Below are positions 13,232 to 23,819 of a DNA stretch of 64,000 bases, piece by piece. This DNA is from a virus. The position numbers were made by a program, and so were the translations under genes. The stretch is from the IMG/VR virus record IMGVR_UViG_3300043410_001242. The stretch is one strand, 5' to 3'. The notes beneath the pieces were generated by a model. That model was not told the origin of the DNA. It did not search any database and was given only the letters and a program-made list of their open reading frames with translations. The first letter of the stretch is position 1; every line of letters begins with the position of its first letter.

Positions 13232-15771
13232 TGAGTAAAGCATTCTATACAAACGTTTCTGTATCTGGCATCCACATCCAATATCGGGGTGTGGATTCTA
13301 AAGGTGCTCGAGTAAAAAGACTAATCGAGTACTCTCCTTCTTTGTATCTACCTTCAAAAAGAGAAACAAAGTTCAAATCTCTACATGGAGACTATCTCCA
13401 ACAAAAGATCTTTGGTAACATTAAAGAAGCCAGAGATTACATCAAGCATTTTGATGGTGTTGCTGGTGCCAATAAGATTTATGGCAATTCTCGTTTTGAA
13501 TATGCTTTTATTGCAGATCAGCATAAAGGCATGATTGAATGGGATATGAGCAAAGTTCTTATTGGCGTTCTTGATATCGAAGTCGGGTCGGAAAATGGTT
13601 TTCCTGACCCCTACGAAGCGAACGAACCAATCACAGCCATCACTATATCTTATCTCAACGGTCGAACCTACGTCTTTGGATGTGGTGATTATGAGAAACA
13701 AGGTGATGAGATATACTACAAGTGCAAAGATGAGTGGACTCTCTGTAAAGAGTTCCTTAAACTTTGGACTGAATACTGTCCTGATGTTCTGACTGGTTGG
13801 AATACCAAGTTCTTCGATATTCCATATATTATCAATCGATTTCGTAAAATTCTTGGTGCACCTGATACCAAAAAACTTTCACCCTGGAATTACATTTCAG
13901 AGAGAAAGACTGTCATCAATGGCCGAGAAATGACAGCATATGTGATAGATGGTGTTGCAAATCTAGATTATCTTGAACTCTACAAGTGGTACGCTCCAAA
14001 TGGCAAGACTCAAGAATCATATCGTCTAGACAATATTGCTCATGTTGAACTTAAAGAACGTAAATTATCATATGAAGAATATGGTAATCTTCACAATCTT
14101 TATAAAGAGAATTATCAACTATTCATTGAATACAACATTAAAGACGTTGACTTGATTCTTAGACTGGAAGATAAACTAAAACTTCTTGAACTTGGTTTGA
14201 CTCTGGCTTATGACACCAAATCAAACTATGAAGACATTTTTGCACAAACAAGAATGTGGGACTCTCTTTGTTATTCTTATTTGTTGGAAAGAAATATAAT
14301 TGTTCCTCCAAAAGTGATCAAAGAGAAAGACTCTGCATTTGAAGGTGCTTATGTTAAAGAACCTCAAGTTGGTATGCACAATTGGGTTGCATCATTCGAC
14401 TTGGACAGTCTTTACCCACATTTGATGATGCAATATAATATTTCACCTGAAACGATTATTGAACCTGAAGACTACACACCAGTAATGCGTAATATTCTGT
14501 CTCAAGGTGTTACAGTCGATAAGATGTTGAAGAAACAGGTTGTTATCGAAGGACTTGAACAAGCAACAATCACACCGAATGGACAATTCTTTAGATCTGA
14601 TATTCAAGGTTTTCTTCCAAAGATGTTGGAAGAGATGTATGAAGATCGTAAAAAGTTCAAGAAGATGATGTTGGAAGCAAAGCAACAGTATGTGAATGAA
14701 AAAGATCCACAGAAAAAGTTTGAACTATCTAAGTTGGTGGCTAGATATAACAATCTGCAATTGGCTAAAAAAGTTGGTTTGAACTCTGCTTATGGCGCTC
14801 TTGGTTCACAATACTTCAGATTCTATGATCTTAGAATGGCACTTGGTGTTACATCTGCCGGGCAGCTTTCAATTCGATGGATTGAAGGTAAACTTAATGA
14901 ATACATGAATAAACTTTTGGAGACAAACCGTGATTACGTTATTGCATCAGATACGGACTCAATTTATCTCAACCTTGGTCCGCTTGTGGACAAGTTCGTA
15001 CAACAAGAGAAATCAATTGAAGCAACAATCTCCATCATGGACAAGGTCTGTGAGGATAAGATACAACCATTTATTGACAGAAGTTACGCTGAGCTTGCTA
15101 CTTACGTTAACGCTTACAAACAAAAAATGCGAATGAAACGTGAGGCACTTGCAAACAAAGGTGTTTGGACTGCCAAAAAGCGTTATATTCTGAATGTATA
15201 CAATAATGAAGGCGTTCAGTATGACGAACCAGACTTAAAAGTTATGGGTCTTGAAATGATTAAGTCTTCCACTCCTTCTGCCATCAGAGAAAGAATGAAA
15301 GATACTATCAAACTCATGATGAATGGTACTGAATCTGATGTACAAGCATTTATTGAGAACTTTAGAAAACATTTCAAAGAATTGCCAGCAGAAGAGATTT
15401 CTTTTCCTCGCGGCGTGAATGGTCTTTCTAAATGGTCAGATCAGTCACAACTGTACAAGAAGGGTACGCCTATTCATGTCAAAGGAGCAATTCTATATAA
15501 TATGTTGTTGAAACAAAAGAATCTGGATAAGAAATATCCACTGATTCAAGAAGGTGAAAAGTTGAAGTTCACCTATCTCAAAATGCCGAATCCACTCAAA
15601 GATACGGTCATTTCATATCCGTCTAAACTGCCTACAGAAATGGGTCTTGATGATTATATTGATTATGACACACAGTTTGATAAGGCATTTCTAGACCCAA
15701 TTAAGATTATTCTTGATTGCATCGGATGGAAAACAGAAAAAACAAGTTCGTTAGATGATTTTTTTAGTTAA
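13231..15771 (+). CDS. 43: family B DNA polymerase gp43
   Basis: DIEV exo I, SFDLDSLYP, KKVGLNSAYG, SDTDS, C-terminal clamp motif SLDDFF. Confidence 0.98.
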   Translation: MSKAFYTNVSVSGIHIQYRGVDSKGARVKRLIEYSPSLYLPSKRETKFKSLHGDYLQQKIFGNIKEARDYIKHFDGVAGANKIYGNSRFEYAFIADQHKGMIEWDMSKVLIGVLDIEVGSENGFPDPYEANEPITAITISYLNGRTYVFGCGDYEKQGDEIYYKCKDEWTLCKEFLKLWTEYCPDVLTGWNTKFFDIPYIINRFRKILGAPDTKKLSPWNYISERKTVINGREMTAYVIDGVANLDYLELYKWYAPNGKTQESYRLDNIAHVELKERKLSYEEYGNLHNLYKENYQLFIEYNIKDVDLILRLEDKLKLLELGLTLAYDTKSNYEDIFAQTRMWDSLCYSYLLERNIIVPPKVIKEKDSAFEGAYVKEPQVGMHNWVASFDLDSLYPHLMMQYNISPETIIEPEDYTPVMRNILSQGVTVDKMLKKQVVIEGLEQATITPNGQFFRSDIQGFLPKMLEEMYEDRKKFKKMMLEAKQQYVNEKDPQKKFELSKLVARYNNLQLAKKVGLNSAYGALGSQYFRFYDLRMALGVTSAGQLSIRWIEGKLNEYMNKLLETNRDYVIASDTDSIYLNLGPLVDKFVQQEKSIEATISIMDKVCEDKIQPFIDRSYAELATYVNAYKQKMRMKREALANKGVWTAKKRYILNVYNNEGVQYDEPDLKVMGLEMIKSSTPSAIRERMKDTIKLMMNGTESDVQAFIENFRKHFKELPAEEISFPRGVNGLSKWSDQSQLYKKGTPIHVKGAILYNMLLKQKNLDKKYPLIQEGEKLKFTYLKMPNPLKDTVISYPSKLPTEMGLDDYIDYDTQFDKAFLDPIKIILDCIGWKTEKTSSLDDFFS

Positions 15772-15779
15772 GGTGAAAC

Positions 15780-16817
15780 ATGAGTATTCTAGATAAAATC
15801 AAAAAGAATTCCAGTATCAAGGATTCTGCAATTCTTTCTAAGTCCAAATTCTTTACAGAAAAGGACATGATTCCTACAGCAATTCCTATTATCAATGTGG
15901 CATTGTCTGCTAAACTTGATGGTGGCCTTACTCCAGGTCTTACAATGTGGGCAGGTCCAAGTAAACACTTTAAAACAGCATTTAGTCTGTTGATGGCTAA
16001 ATCATATTTGGAGAAATATGAAGATGCGGCTCTTCTTTTTTATGATTCTGAGTTTGGTACTCCACAGTCTTATTTTGACTCTTTTAATATTGACACTGAT
16101 AGAGTTCTCCACACTCCTATTACAGACATCGAACAACTTAAATTCGATATTATGAATCAACTTCAGAACATCGAACGTGGTGACCATCTAATCATTATAG
16201 TTGATTCAATTGGAAACCTTGCATCGAAAAAAGAAGTTGAAGATGCTCTGAATGAAAAGTCTGTAGCTGATATGTCTAGAGCAAAACAGATTAAGTCTCT
16301 ATTCCGCATGATTACTCCACATCTGACACTCAAAGATATTCCAATGGTGGTCGTTAATCACACCTACATGGAAATTGGTATGTTCCCCAAAGCCATCGTT
16401 GGTGGTGGTACAGGATCATATTATTCTGCTGATAATATCTTCATCATTGGTCGTCAACAGGAAAAAGAAGGACAGGAAATCGTTGGTTATAACTTCATCA
16501 TTAATGTTGAGAAGTCTAGATATGTTAAAGAGAAGTCTAAAATTCCTGTTACTGTATCTTATGATGGAGGCATCAGTCGTTGGTCTGGTTTATTGGATCT
16601 CGCTCTGGAATCTGGACATGTTGTGAAACCAAGCAACGGTTGGTATTCAAAAATGGATGAAAACGGTGAAATTGAAGATAAGAAATATAGAATCAAAGAC
16701 ACAGATAACAAAGATTTCTGGATGCCTATACTTAAGATGAAATCGTTTAGAGATTATATTGAAAACAAGTATAAAGTAGCTTCTATGGATATTATGCCTG
16801 AAGAACTGGAAATGTAA
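15780..16817 (+). CDS. uvsX: RecA-like recombinase UvsX
   Basis: GPSKHFKT, YDSEFG, DSIGNLAS, KSR. Confidence 0.97.
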   Translation: MSILDKIKKNSSIKDSAILSKSKFFTEKDMIPTAIPIINVALSAKLDGGLTPGLTMWAGPSKHFKTAFSLLMAKSYLEKYEDAALLFYDSEFGTPQSYFDSFNIDTDRVLHTPITDIEQLKFDIMNQLQNIERGDHLIIIVDSIGNLASKKEVEDALNEKSVADMSRAKQIKSLFRMITPHLTLKDIPMVVVNHTYMEIGMFPKAIVGGGTGSYYSADNIFIIGRQQEKEGQEIVGYNFIINVEKSRYVKEKSKIPVTVSYDGGISRWSGLLDLALESGHVVKPSNGWYSKMDENGEIEDKKYRIKDTDNKDFWMPILKMKSFRDYIENKYKVASMDIMPEELEM

Positions 16818-16819
16818 TT

Positions 16820-17431
16820 ATGTACAATATAGAATACTTTGGATCAAAAAAAGATCCACATATACTTTGTATCAAAAACTTTTTTGATGATAATGAACTT
16901 GATGGAATCTGGCAAGAACTTAGTTTTCTAACATATAAACACAAGTTGTTGCCACCAGCATCAACCAATACGGCTATGTTTGAGGGAAAACCCCTCAAAC
17001 AAAACAGTGGCATATTCTTAGAGTCTGTTTTTGCAGATAAGAATATTTCCAACATATTGACAATTTTAGAAAAAACATACGATTGTGGTTTCTTAGAGTA
17101 CTTGATGGAGTATGATCCAATTTTTAGATATATGATGTATTGCAAACGTAAATCTACATTGTTGTCCTATTATCAAGATGGTGATTATTATAAGAAACAT
17201 TGGGATGTTTCAACTATATCAGTTTTGTTTTATTTCTTCGAAGAACCTAAGTGTTTCTCTGGCGGAGACTTGTATTTTCCAGATTTTGACAAGAACATCG
17301 AAATAGAAAACAATATGGTCGTTATTTTCCCAAGTTGTTATAGACATGAAGTTGATACCGTAATCATGGAAGGAGAGGAGTTCAACAAAAAAGGACGTTA
17401 CTGTATTTCACAATTCTTATTCTCGGATTAA
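16820..17431 (+). CDS. 2OG-Fe(II) oxygenase
   Basis: Y.DGDYYKKHWD, FSGGDL, HEV, GRY. Confidence 0.85.
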   Translation: MYNIEYFGSKKDPHILCIKNFFDDNELDGIWQELSFLTYKHKLLPPASTNTAMFEGKPLKQNSGIFLESVFADKNISNILTILEKTYDCGFLEYLMEYDPIFRYMMYCKRKSTLLSYYQDGDYYKKHWDVSTISVLFYFFEEPKCFSGGDLYFPDFDKNIEIENNMVVIFPSCYRHEVDTVIMEGEEFNKKGRYCISQFLFSD

Positions 17432-17434
17432 AAC

Positions 17435-17749
17435 ATGAATGAAAATGAACACTACCAATTTATTGTATCAGAGACAGATCAAGAATACATTCACATCAAA
17501 CTGATATCTGGGCCATTTAAAGATACTATATTCAAATATGGAAAGATAAATGTAGAAGAAAAAAATGATGAGGGGTATTTACATTTTGATTATGATGTGT
17601 TACAATCCAATGTAATGAAACCAAAAAAATTGGAAAAGAACAAAGATTTCCAGAAATATATTGGTGACCTTTTGGTTGAAATTATTGCACGAGGATTAGA
17701 AGAATACAATGAGAGTCGAACAACTGATACTGAAGAATCTGATCTATAA
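17435..17749 (+). CDS. probable gp40-like head assembly chaperone
   Basis: synteny uvsX-x-41; GPFKDTIFKYGKI..LHFDYD. Confidence 0.55.
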   Translation: MNENEHYQFIVSETDQEYIHIKLISGPFKDTIFKYGKINVEEKNDEGYLHFDYDVLQSNVMKPKKLEKNKDFQKYIGDLLVEIIARGLEEYNESRTTDTEESDL

Positions 17750-19079
17750 TGAAGACTATTTTCGTAAAGTATTACCGTTTCTGAAAAGAGAATATTTTAA
17801 TGGCACTGATAAGCTTATCTTTAATGAAGTCTCCGCATTTGCGACGGAATACAATTCACCTCCTTCTATTGAAGCAATCTCTATTTCCATCAAAGATAAG
17901 AGAAATATCACAAATGAGGAAGTTGAGAAGTGCGAAGATTATGTGGAGGAGTTACATAGACTTGACACTAAGAACAGTAATCAAGAATGGCTCATCAACA
18001 AGACGGAAACATTTTGTCAAGAAAAGGCTATCTACAATGCGGTACTCAATTCAATATCGATATTGGATGGCAAAGACAAATCTCACGAACGGGGTGCGAT
18101 ACCTAAGATTCTTTCTGACGCCCTCGCGGTAAGTTTTGATACTTCAATTGGTCATGATTACCTAGACAATTCTGATGATAGATATGAATTCTATCACCGA
18201 AAAGAAGAGAGAATACCTTTTGATTTGGAGTATTTGAATAAAATCACAAAAGGTGGAATGCCATCAAAGTCACTTATTATTGCTCTTGCAGGAACAGGTG
18301 TCGGTAAGTCATTGTTTATGTGTCATGTGGCCGCATCAAGTATGATACTTGGTAAAAATGTGCTATACATTACATTGGAAATGGCAGAAGAGAAGATTGC
18401 AGAACGTATTGATGCCAATCTTTTGAATGTTACTGTTGATGATCTACACAAATTATCTAAAGATGATTATGATAAAAAGGTCGAAAAAGTACGAAAGAAA
18501 ACTCACGGTAAATTAATTATCAAAGAATATCCAACCGCTTCGGCTTCAACAACACATTTCAGGACACTATTAAATGAACTTCATCTCAAACGTAATTTCA
18601 GACCTGATATTATCTTTGTTGACTATCTCAACATCTGCACTTCTTCTCGCATTAAACCTGGTGCTAGTATTAATTCCTATACCTATGTCAAGTCCATTGC
18701 TGAGGAACTTCGTGGTCTTGCGGTTGAATATGGTGTACCGGTTGTGTCTGCTACACAAACTACAAGAGCAGGATTCAACAGTTCAGATCCTGGATTGGAA
18801 GACACTTCAGAGTCTTTTGGGTTACCAGCGACCGCAGATTTGATGTTTGCTTTGATCTCCTCCGAAGAACTGGAAGAACTTGGACAGATCATGGTAAAGC
18901 AATTGAAGAACCGATACTCTGATCCAACATACCTCAAAAGATTCACTCTAGGTATCGACCGGGCCAAGATGAAATTATATGATGTTGAAAATTCCGCACA
19001 AGAAGACATTGCTGATGCGGGTTATAAAAAGATGAATGAGAATAAACCCAAGAATAAATTTGCAGACTTCAAAGTATAA
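17709..19079 (+). CDS. 41: replicative helicase gp41
   Basis: AGTGVGKS, YITLEMAEE, VDYLNI, SATQTTR, KNRY. Confidence 0.97.
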   Translation: MRVEQLILKNLIYNEDYFRKVLPFLKREYFNGTDKLIFNEVSAFATEYNSPPSIEAISISIKDKRNITNEEVEKCEDYVEELHRLDTKNSNQEWLINKTETFCQEKAIYNAVLNSISILDGKDKSHERGAIPKILSDALAVSFDTSIGHDYLDNSDDRYEFYHRKEERIPFDLEYLNKITKGGMPSKSLIIALAGTGVGKSLFMCHVAASSMILGKNVLYITLEMAEEKIAERIDANLLNVTVDDLHKLSKDDYDKKVEKVRKKTHGKLIIKEYPTASASTTHFRTLLNELHLKRNFRPDIIFVDYLNICTSSRIKPGASINSYTYVKSIAEELRGLAVEYGVPVVSATQTTRAGFNSSDPGLEDTSESFGLPATADLMFALISSEELEELGQIMVKQLKNRYSDPTYLKRFTLGIDRAKMKLYDVENSAQEDIADAGYKKMNENKPKNKFADFKV

Positions 19080-19288
19080 TGGAAACAAGAAAACGAACAC
19101 TGGTTAGAATGTTGACGTATCGATTAACTGCATGGTTATTCACAATATTTTGTACCTATCTATTTACTGGTGACGTAACTAAAAGTACCGGCTTTGCAAC
19201 TGCATTACATGTACTTTTAAGTATTGACTATTACATTCATGAAAGAATCTGGTTGAGAATAAAGTGGGGATTGTCTGATGCTGACTAA
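19079..19288 (+). CDS. DUF2061-like small membrane protein
   Basis: ETRKRTLVR.LTYR...YYIHERIW.RIKWG. Confidence 0.75.
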   Translation: METRKRTLVRMLTYRLTAWLFTIFCTYLFTGDVTKSTGFATALHVLLSIDYYIHERIWLRIKWGLSDAD

Positions 19289-20381
19289 AGAAGATGCCAT
19301 CTATATTTCAAGTGTATTCGAAGATTACTTCGGACACCTTGAACGCATCGATGATTATATGAGAGAACAGAAATTGGCCTCATTGGCCGATTTACCTTCA
19401 AACCCACTGTTTCCACCTGAAGATGATTTATTCTCAGATTTTTCCATGCATCCATGGGATATGGACTTTTCTGTTGTGGATATTCCAAATAGTCAATGGG
19501 ATACTATGCTGAATATCACTTCATCTCACATCAATGGACCTTCACCTGGTCGTAATCTTAAACTGGCTGTTATAGAAAATACCACCAAGAAGTTTGTCGG
19601 TTTTATTAGACTTGGATCACCAATTATCAATTGCAAACCTCGCAATGAGATGCTCGGACAGGTTTTTACTCAAGACATTAATAATGCAAAAAGGTTCAAT
19701 AATTCTACTATGATGGGTTTCGTTATTGTTCCTGCACAACCTTTTGGTTATAATTATCTTGGTGGTAAACTTCTGGCTGCAATCTGTACTTCACACGAAG
19801 TTAGAGAAATCTGCAACAAGAAGTATAATATGAATATGTGTTTATTTGAAACCACCAGTCTCTATGGCAGTTCCAAAACAGTATCACAGTATGATGGTAT
19901 GAAACCTTATATTCGGTTTAAAGGAGTAACAGAATCAGATTTTCTACCAATGATGCACGGTAAACCTTATGAAGACTTAAAGAACTTTGTGGAAGGTAAG
20001 ATTGGTGTATTTGTGGAGGAGAATGCTTCTAGTAGAAAACTTAAGATTTCACAAAGGATCATTGCTTTGACCAAACAGGCTCTAAAAGGTTCAACAGAAT
20101 ATGATAAATTTTTAAAAATAATTTCCGATGCAAAGTCTTTAACTGAACAGAAGAGATACTACACTTCAAATTATGGATTCAAAAATTATATTGATTATGT
20201 GAATAATAAAACCGACAATCTAATTCCAGATGAAAACTATGAAAAACACCATCTTGAGAATATCGTTAATTGGTGGAAGAAAAAGGCATCCAACCGTTAC
20301 GACACACTATCCAACGAAAATCGTTTGAGAAGTGAAGTTGAGGTTTGGACATCAGGAAAACACATCGACATCATTAGATAA
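19278..20381 (+). CDS. DUF4338/DruA-like protein
   Basis: PFGYNYLGGKLLA, FETTSLYG..SQYDG. Confidence 0.6.
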   Translation: MLTKEDAIYISSVFEDYFGHLERIDDYMREQKLASLADLPSNPLFPPEDDLFSDFSMHPWDMDFSVVDIPNSQWDTMLNITSSHINGPSPGRNLKLAVIENTTKKFVGFIRLGSPIINCKPRNEMLGQVFTQDINNAKRFNNSTMMGFVIVPAQPFGYNYLGGKLLAAICTSHEVREICNKKYNMNMCLFETTSLYGSSKTVSQYDGMKPYIRFKGVTESDFLPMMHGKPYEDLKNFVEGKIGVFVEENASSRKLKISQRIIALTKQALKGSTEYDKFLKIISDAKSLTEQKRYYTSNYGFKNYIDYVNNKTDNLIPDENYEKHHLENIVNWWKKKASNRYDTLSNENRLRSEVEVWTSGKHIDIIR

Positions 20382-20405
20382 ATATTATCATTTGAGTCAC
20401 TATCA

Positions 20406-21461
20406 ATGGCCTACGATTTTATACCGACTTCTACACAAGAAATCGAAAAACAGATAAAAGATAAAAATATCTCGGAGGAGATACAGCTGGCTTTTGTCAA
20501 TTTAACCTCTAAGTACCCACATATACCGGATCCTTTGGCTATAGATAAAACTAAACCAAAACAACCGAAAATAACAAGAAGATTACAAACTCAAGTTGAT
20601 GTGAAAACTATGCAAAAAAAATTAAAACTTATTAAATTGTCTTTTGGTGATGGATCCAGAGGTGGACGAGGCGTAGCAAATAAAGGAAATGCATTTGAGG
20701 GTATTTTGGCTGGTGATATTGAGCGTTGGAAGAGGGGAGAAAATCTACAAGATGAAACCAATTTACCCATAATTGAATTGTTGGAGAAACAATATCACAT
20801 CAGCAAATACAAGAAGTTGGAAACAAAAATGCTGGGTGAAAAGAACACCAAGAGACCAATTTCTTATGGTTCCAAAATCATTGTAGGTAAAGGACCTGTA
20901 GATATCGGAAAAGATGTTACCGATGTTGACTTGGAAGGTGACGGAAAACTTTTAGCGCATCTAAGTTTAAAACATGGAGGAACTGTAACATTCTTTAATG
21001 CTGGCGTACTCAAGGTATTAAAGACTTCAGAAATTAAAGATGGTTTGGTGCAAGAAGGAGACGGTAAAAGATTATTAAAACTACTTGGTGTTGAAAATGT
21101 GAGAATGTGTCAAATCTTTAATGGAAATTTTGGTGTGTCTGGCAAAGTTAATGTGACCAATGAAATTAATCGTTCTGATCTAGAATATTTTATTGAATCT
21201 GGGATTGGATATGGTTTTCAAATGGTACACAAGATCGCAAGAAATAAAGTGAAATGTTTCTTTGTGGATCAAAATTATATGAAAAGTGCCGCAAAGATTG
21301 AAAGTGTTAATGTGTATTATGGTGGTAAAGGCGGCCGAGGTAAAAGAATTGATGTTGAAGTTGTGACACCTAAGTACACATTGAAGATGAACTTAAGAGA
21401 TTCTACTGGAAACAATAATGGTTATCCAACCCGACTGATGTGTGACTATTCTTATAATTAA
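20406..21461 (+). CDS. hypothetical protein, possible PD-(D/E)XK nuclease fold
   Basis: GNAFE, VTDVDL...LSLK; late-like GATAAATA upstream. Confidence 0.45.
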   Translation: MAYDFIPTSTQEIEKQIKDKNISEEIQLAFVNLTSKYPHIPDPLAIDKTKPKQPKITRRLQTQVDVKTMQKKLKLIKLSFGDGSRGGRGVANKGNAFEGILAGDIERWKRGENLQDETNLPIIELLEKQYHISKYKKLETKMLGEKNTKRPISYGSKIIVGKGPVDIGKDVTDVDLEGDGKLLAHLSLKHGGTVTFFNAGVLKVLKTSEIKDGLVQEGDGKRLLKLLGVENVRMCQIFNGNFGVSGKVNVTNEINRSDLEYFIESGIGYGFQMVHKIARNKVKCFFVDQNYMKSAAKIESVNVYYGGKGGRGKRIDVEVVTPKYTLKMNLRDSTGNNNGYPTRLMCDYSYN

Positions 21462-21475
21462 AATTTGGAGTTATT

Positions 21476-22189
21476 ATGACGGCAACGGTGATTATTCCCA
21501 CAACGGGAGCATATGATGTTAAACAAGCAATAGAAAGTGTTTTAGAACAGACATACGAAACTCAAATTTATGTTGTAATCGATGGACTTAGATTTGAGGA
21601 TAAAGTTGATGATATTTTAAATAAAGTTCGAGGAGACTTTACAAACGTACATTTCTGTACTCTTCCAATCAATGTGGGTGCCAATGGATTCTATGGTCAT
21701 AGAGTCTATGCGGCATTCACTCATCTAATCAACACTGATTATGTGTTATATCTTGATCAGGATTGCTGGATGAGGCCGAATCATGTTGAATCTTTAATCG
21801 ATACTATTGAATCCAATAATCTGGATTGGGCATATTCTCTTAGAAGTATCTGGTCTCAAGATGGTGCATTTATTTGTCTTGATAATTGTGAATCTCTTGG
21901 CCCAGAATGGCCAATCATGGGTTATCCCCATGTAGATACAAACTGTTATTGTATCAAAACTTCCGTTGCAACTAAGGTTGCGTCAGCATGGCATGGTGGT
22001 TGGGGACAGGATAGAGTTTTCTTAAACGTCCTCTCCACACACTTTAAATCGTATAAATGTTCCAGTCTATATACTTTAAACTACAGAATGGGTGGTGACA
22101 CTAATGCAGTGAACGCCAACTTCTTTGTTGAAAATAATATGAAGGTTGAAAAACATTATAATGGAGAACTACCGTGGCGAAAAACTTAA
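21476..22189 (+). CDS. GT2-family glycosyltransferase
   Basis: TVIIPT, AIESVLEQTY, VVIDG, YLDQD. Confidence 0.85.
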   Translation: MTATVIIPTTGAYDVKQAIESVLEQTYETQIYVVIDGLRFEDKVDDILNKVRGDFTNVHFCTLPINVGANGFYGHRVYAAFTHLINTDYVLYLDQDCWMRPNHVESLIDTIESNNLDWAYSLRSIWSQDGAFICLDNCESLGPEWPIMGYPHVDTNCYCIKTSVATKVASAWHGGWGQDRVFLNVLSTHFKSYKCSSLYTLNYRMGGDTNAVNANFFVENNMKVEKHYNGELPWRKT

Positions 22190-23028
22190 TTATTGGTGGA
22201 TTTACTAATTACAATTACAATCAATTAAAACCTTGGGTTGAATCTATTGACGAATCTGGATTCCAAGGAGACAAAGTTCTTGTTTTTGGTAATGCATCTG
22301 AAGAAACACTAAAACAACTGAGTGATAGGAATTTCAAATTAATTCCTATGCAAAATTCAAATATGCCAATTCATGTGGCAAGATTCTTATACATCTATGA
22401 ATACTTGAGAGAACATTGGAAAGAATATAATCATGTAATCACAACCGATGTAAAAGATGTTTACTTTCAAACAAATCCAACTGAATGGTTGGAGGGCAGG
22501 TTGGATGGATTTAAAATCATATGCGGTTCAGAAGGCATAAGATATAAAGATGAATCTTGGGGTGATGAGAATCTGAAACAGTGTTATGGCGAATATATCT
22601 ATAACCTCTTCAAAGACAATGAAATATACAATGTTGGTGTATTGGCTGGAAAGTCAGAATATATCAAAGACCTTGTTTTCAATATCTTTACAAATGCAGT
22701 AAATAGACCCATTCCAATTGTAGATCAAGCAGTATTCAACGTACTTATCAATACACAACCATATAAAGATTGTACGTATTTTGCAAAGCAATATTATGGT
22801 TGGGCATGTCATGCTGGAACAACTGTCGATCCAAGTAAAATCGAAAGGTTTAGGCCAAACCTAACTGAACCAGAACCACACTTTAAAGATGGTATTGTGT
22901 ACTCATCAAATGGTGAACCTTTCTGTATTGTTCATCAGTATGATAGAGTTCCAGAATGGAAAGAATTTGTCATGAATAAGTATAATCAAGAAGACGAATC
23001 AAACTACTTTAGGTATAAAACAGCATGA
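22174..23028 (+). CDS. GT-A glycosyltransferase-like protein
   Basis: TDVKDVYFQTNP, NVGV, DQAVFN, VHQYDR. Confidence 0.65.
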   Translation: MAKNLIIGGFTNYNYNQLKPWVESIDESGFQGDKVLVFGNASEETLKQLSDRNFKLIPMQNSNMPIHVARFLYIYEYLREHWKEYNHVITTDVKDVYFQTNPTEWLEGRLDGFKIICGSEGIRYKDESWGDENLKQCYGEYIYNLFKDNEIYNVGVLAGKSEYIKDLVFNIFTNAVNRPIPIVDQAVFNVLINTQPYKDCTYFAKQYYGWACHAGTTVDPSKIERFRPNLTEPEPHFKDGIVYSSNGEPFCIVHQYDRVPEWKEFVMNKYNQEDESNYFRYKTA

Positions 23029-23819
23029 GTGAAATTTCAATTGTAACAGCATTTTATGATATTGGTCGTTCGGGTTGGACTACAGACATAGGATTGCCTC
23101 ATTATTTACACAGAACTACAGACACATATTTTGAAAGATTCTCATATCTGGCTTCGTTGGATAATGAGATGGTTGTTTTTACATCTGAAGACTTGGTCGA
23201 CCGTGTAAAGAAAATTCGCGGAGATAAACCAACTCAAGTTATTGCTGTAGACTTTAAAGATCAGTTTTTAGACCTGAAAAGGCAGGTAACTCAAATTCAA
23301 ATTAGTGATAAGTTTATTAACATGATCAATCCATACCAGATCAAGAATCCTGAATATTGGAGTTGTGATTATGTTGTAGTTAATATGTTAAAGTCTGTGT
23401 TTGTCAATTTAGCAATAAAGATGAATCTAATCAATAATGATTTAGTTGCATGGATGGACTTTGGTTACTGTAGAGATGAAAGTATACTTAATGGTGTAAA
23501 AACCTGGAAATATAATTTTAATAAAGATAAAATACATTTCTTTAACATCAAAGATTATAAAGAAGGCACCTATATCTCAGAAATTATTGCAAATAATGAT
23601 GTACATATTACTGGACCATGTATTGTTGCTTCTAAAGAACTCTGGCCAAAATTAGAAAAACTGGTAGATCATTCACTAAAAGAGTTGTTGAATAATGAAT
23701 TAATTGATGATGATCAAACTGTTCTGTTAATGTCATATCTACTCCAACCAGAGTTATTTGAGTTACACAAAGTTTCAGACACAGATTGGTTTGTTGCTTT
23801 TAAGGAATATAGTGAATGA
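23025..23819 (+). CDS. HtrL/YibB-family protein
   Basis: IVTAFYDIGR, YFERFSYLA.LDN, AWMDFGY, DDDQT. Confidence 0.8.
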   Translation: MSEISIVTAFYDIGRSGWTTDIGLPHYLHRTTDTYFERFSYLASLDNEMVVFTSEDLVDRVKKIRGDKPTQVIAVDFKDQFLDLKRQVTQIQISDKFINMINPYQIKNPEYWSCDYVVVNMLKSVFVNLAIKMNLINNDLVAWMDFGYCRDESILNGVKTWKYNFNKDKIHFFNIKDYKEGTYISEIIANNDVHITGPCIVASKELWPKLEKLVDHSLKELLNNELIDDDQTVLLMSYLLQPELFELHKVSDTDWFVAFKEYSE

